Source: a virus
Lineage: Duplodnaviria > Caudoviricetes
IMG/VR virus record: IMGVR_UViG_3300044838_000023
Coordinates: 1-55,647 of that record
Length of the DNA stretch: 55,647 nucleotides
Direction: 5' to 3' (one strand)
How positions within the stretch are numbered: the first letter of the stretch is position 1; the number at the start of each line of letters is the position of its first letter. Under the pieces are notes generated by a model, which ran no database searches, was not told where the DNA came from, and was given only the letters and a program-made list of their open reading frames with translations. Positions 55,005 through 55,647 of this stretch are shown here, one piece after another. The translations under genes were made by a program, and so were the position numbers.

Positions 55005-55647
55005 GGTCCTGGCGAAGCAGGTTGAGAAGTTCACCCTGGATAATTCGCCGGCAATCCTCACAGGGGTGGGAGCATTTGGATCAGTTACGTCTGTGGTGCT
55101 GGCGGTTAAAGCCACACTCAAGGCGAGTCCGAAGATCGAGGCGGAGCGTGAGCGCATATTCCGCGAGAACCCGATCGGCCCCGATGAGATGAAGGATGTT
55201 CACCTGTCGCCGTTCTATACGGTTAAGTTGGTATGGCTGGACTACCTTCCGTCTGCCAGCGCGCTCACAATTAGCGTGGCCAGCATCATCTGCGCGAATC
55301 GTGTGAGTACCAAGCGGGCTGCTGCGCTTGCGGCTGCATATTCGCTTAGTGAGAAGGCTTACAGCGAATACCGTGAGAAGATCGTGGAGAAGTTCAATAC
55401 GAACAAAGAGCGCGGGATCCGGGATGAGATCGCCCAGGATCAGGTTAACGCCAAGCCTCCGACCGATGCCACGATCATCATCACAGGAAACGGAGATGTC
55501 GTCTGTTTCGACAAGCCATCAGGTCGATATTTCAAGAGCAACATGGAGAAGCTCCGCTCGGTCCAGAACGACATGAACTCGCAGGTGATCGAGATCGGGC
55601 AGGCCACGTTGGATGATCTGTACGCATCGCTGAACTTGAAGGCAACA
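54991..55647 (+). CDS. N-terminal part of the DUF6353-like protein that continues at 1-295
   Basis: SD gaggagg, GTG 54991; NSPAILTGVG, KRAAALAAAYSLSE motifs; open to the contig end. Confidence 0.75.
   Translation, partial: MISVKVLAKQVEKFTLDNSPAILTGVGAFGSVTSVVLAVKATLKASPKIEAERERIFRENPIGPDEMKDVHLSPFYTVKLVWLDYLPSASALTISVASIICANRVSTKRAAALAAAYSLSEKAYSEYREKIVEKFNTNKERGIRDEIAQDQVNAKPPTDATIIITGNGDVVCFDKPSGRYFKSNMEKLRSVQNDMNSQVIEIGQATLDDLYASLNLKAT
55521..55646. repeat. Terminal direct repeat (copy 2) of 1-126
   Basis: Exact match to 1-126; the final base 55647 (a) differs from base 127 (c). Confidence 0.93.

Overview
The window is an apparently complete, circularly assembled (~55.5 kb; bases 1-126 repeated at 55521-55646) tailed dsDNA phage genome of siphovirus type. 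All convincing genes are on the + strand, and I see no integrase, tRNA or CRISPR. The host is probably an actinobacterium (inferred from an LAxTG sorting signal and a GH19+LysM endolysin). Modules: replication/early-middle genes (helicase-primase-PolB fusion, ThyX, SSB, SF2 helicase, VRR-NUC, Cas4-like nuclease), a 906-aa HTH-flanked protein with a two-barrel RNA polymerase DFDGD motif, packaging/lysis/head/tail genes (about 24980-51050), and an array of tiny genes (51270-54680, continuing round the circle to about 1660), most framed by a fixed-spacing promoter-like motif and a conserved hairpin. The best candidate for an undescribed system is a self-contained transcription module: a putative single-chain RNA polymerase with an N-terminal L-x-H motif that is shared with the capsid polyprotein and several probable head-packaged proteins (one a 2H phosphoesterase), plus non-sigma70-spaced promoters (CTCGCG-N14-WATART-GAGACCCCTAC). 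Other oddities are a zinc-ribbon gene overprinted inside the helicase and hairpins whose GTAGGGG loops are complementary to the shared CCCCTAC leader. All functional calls come from motif recognition by eye; no searches were run.
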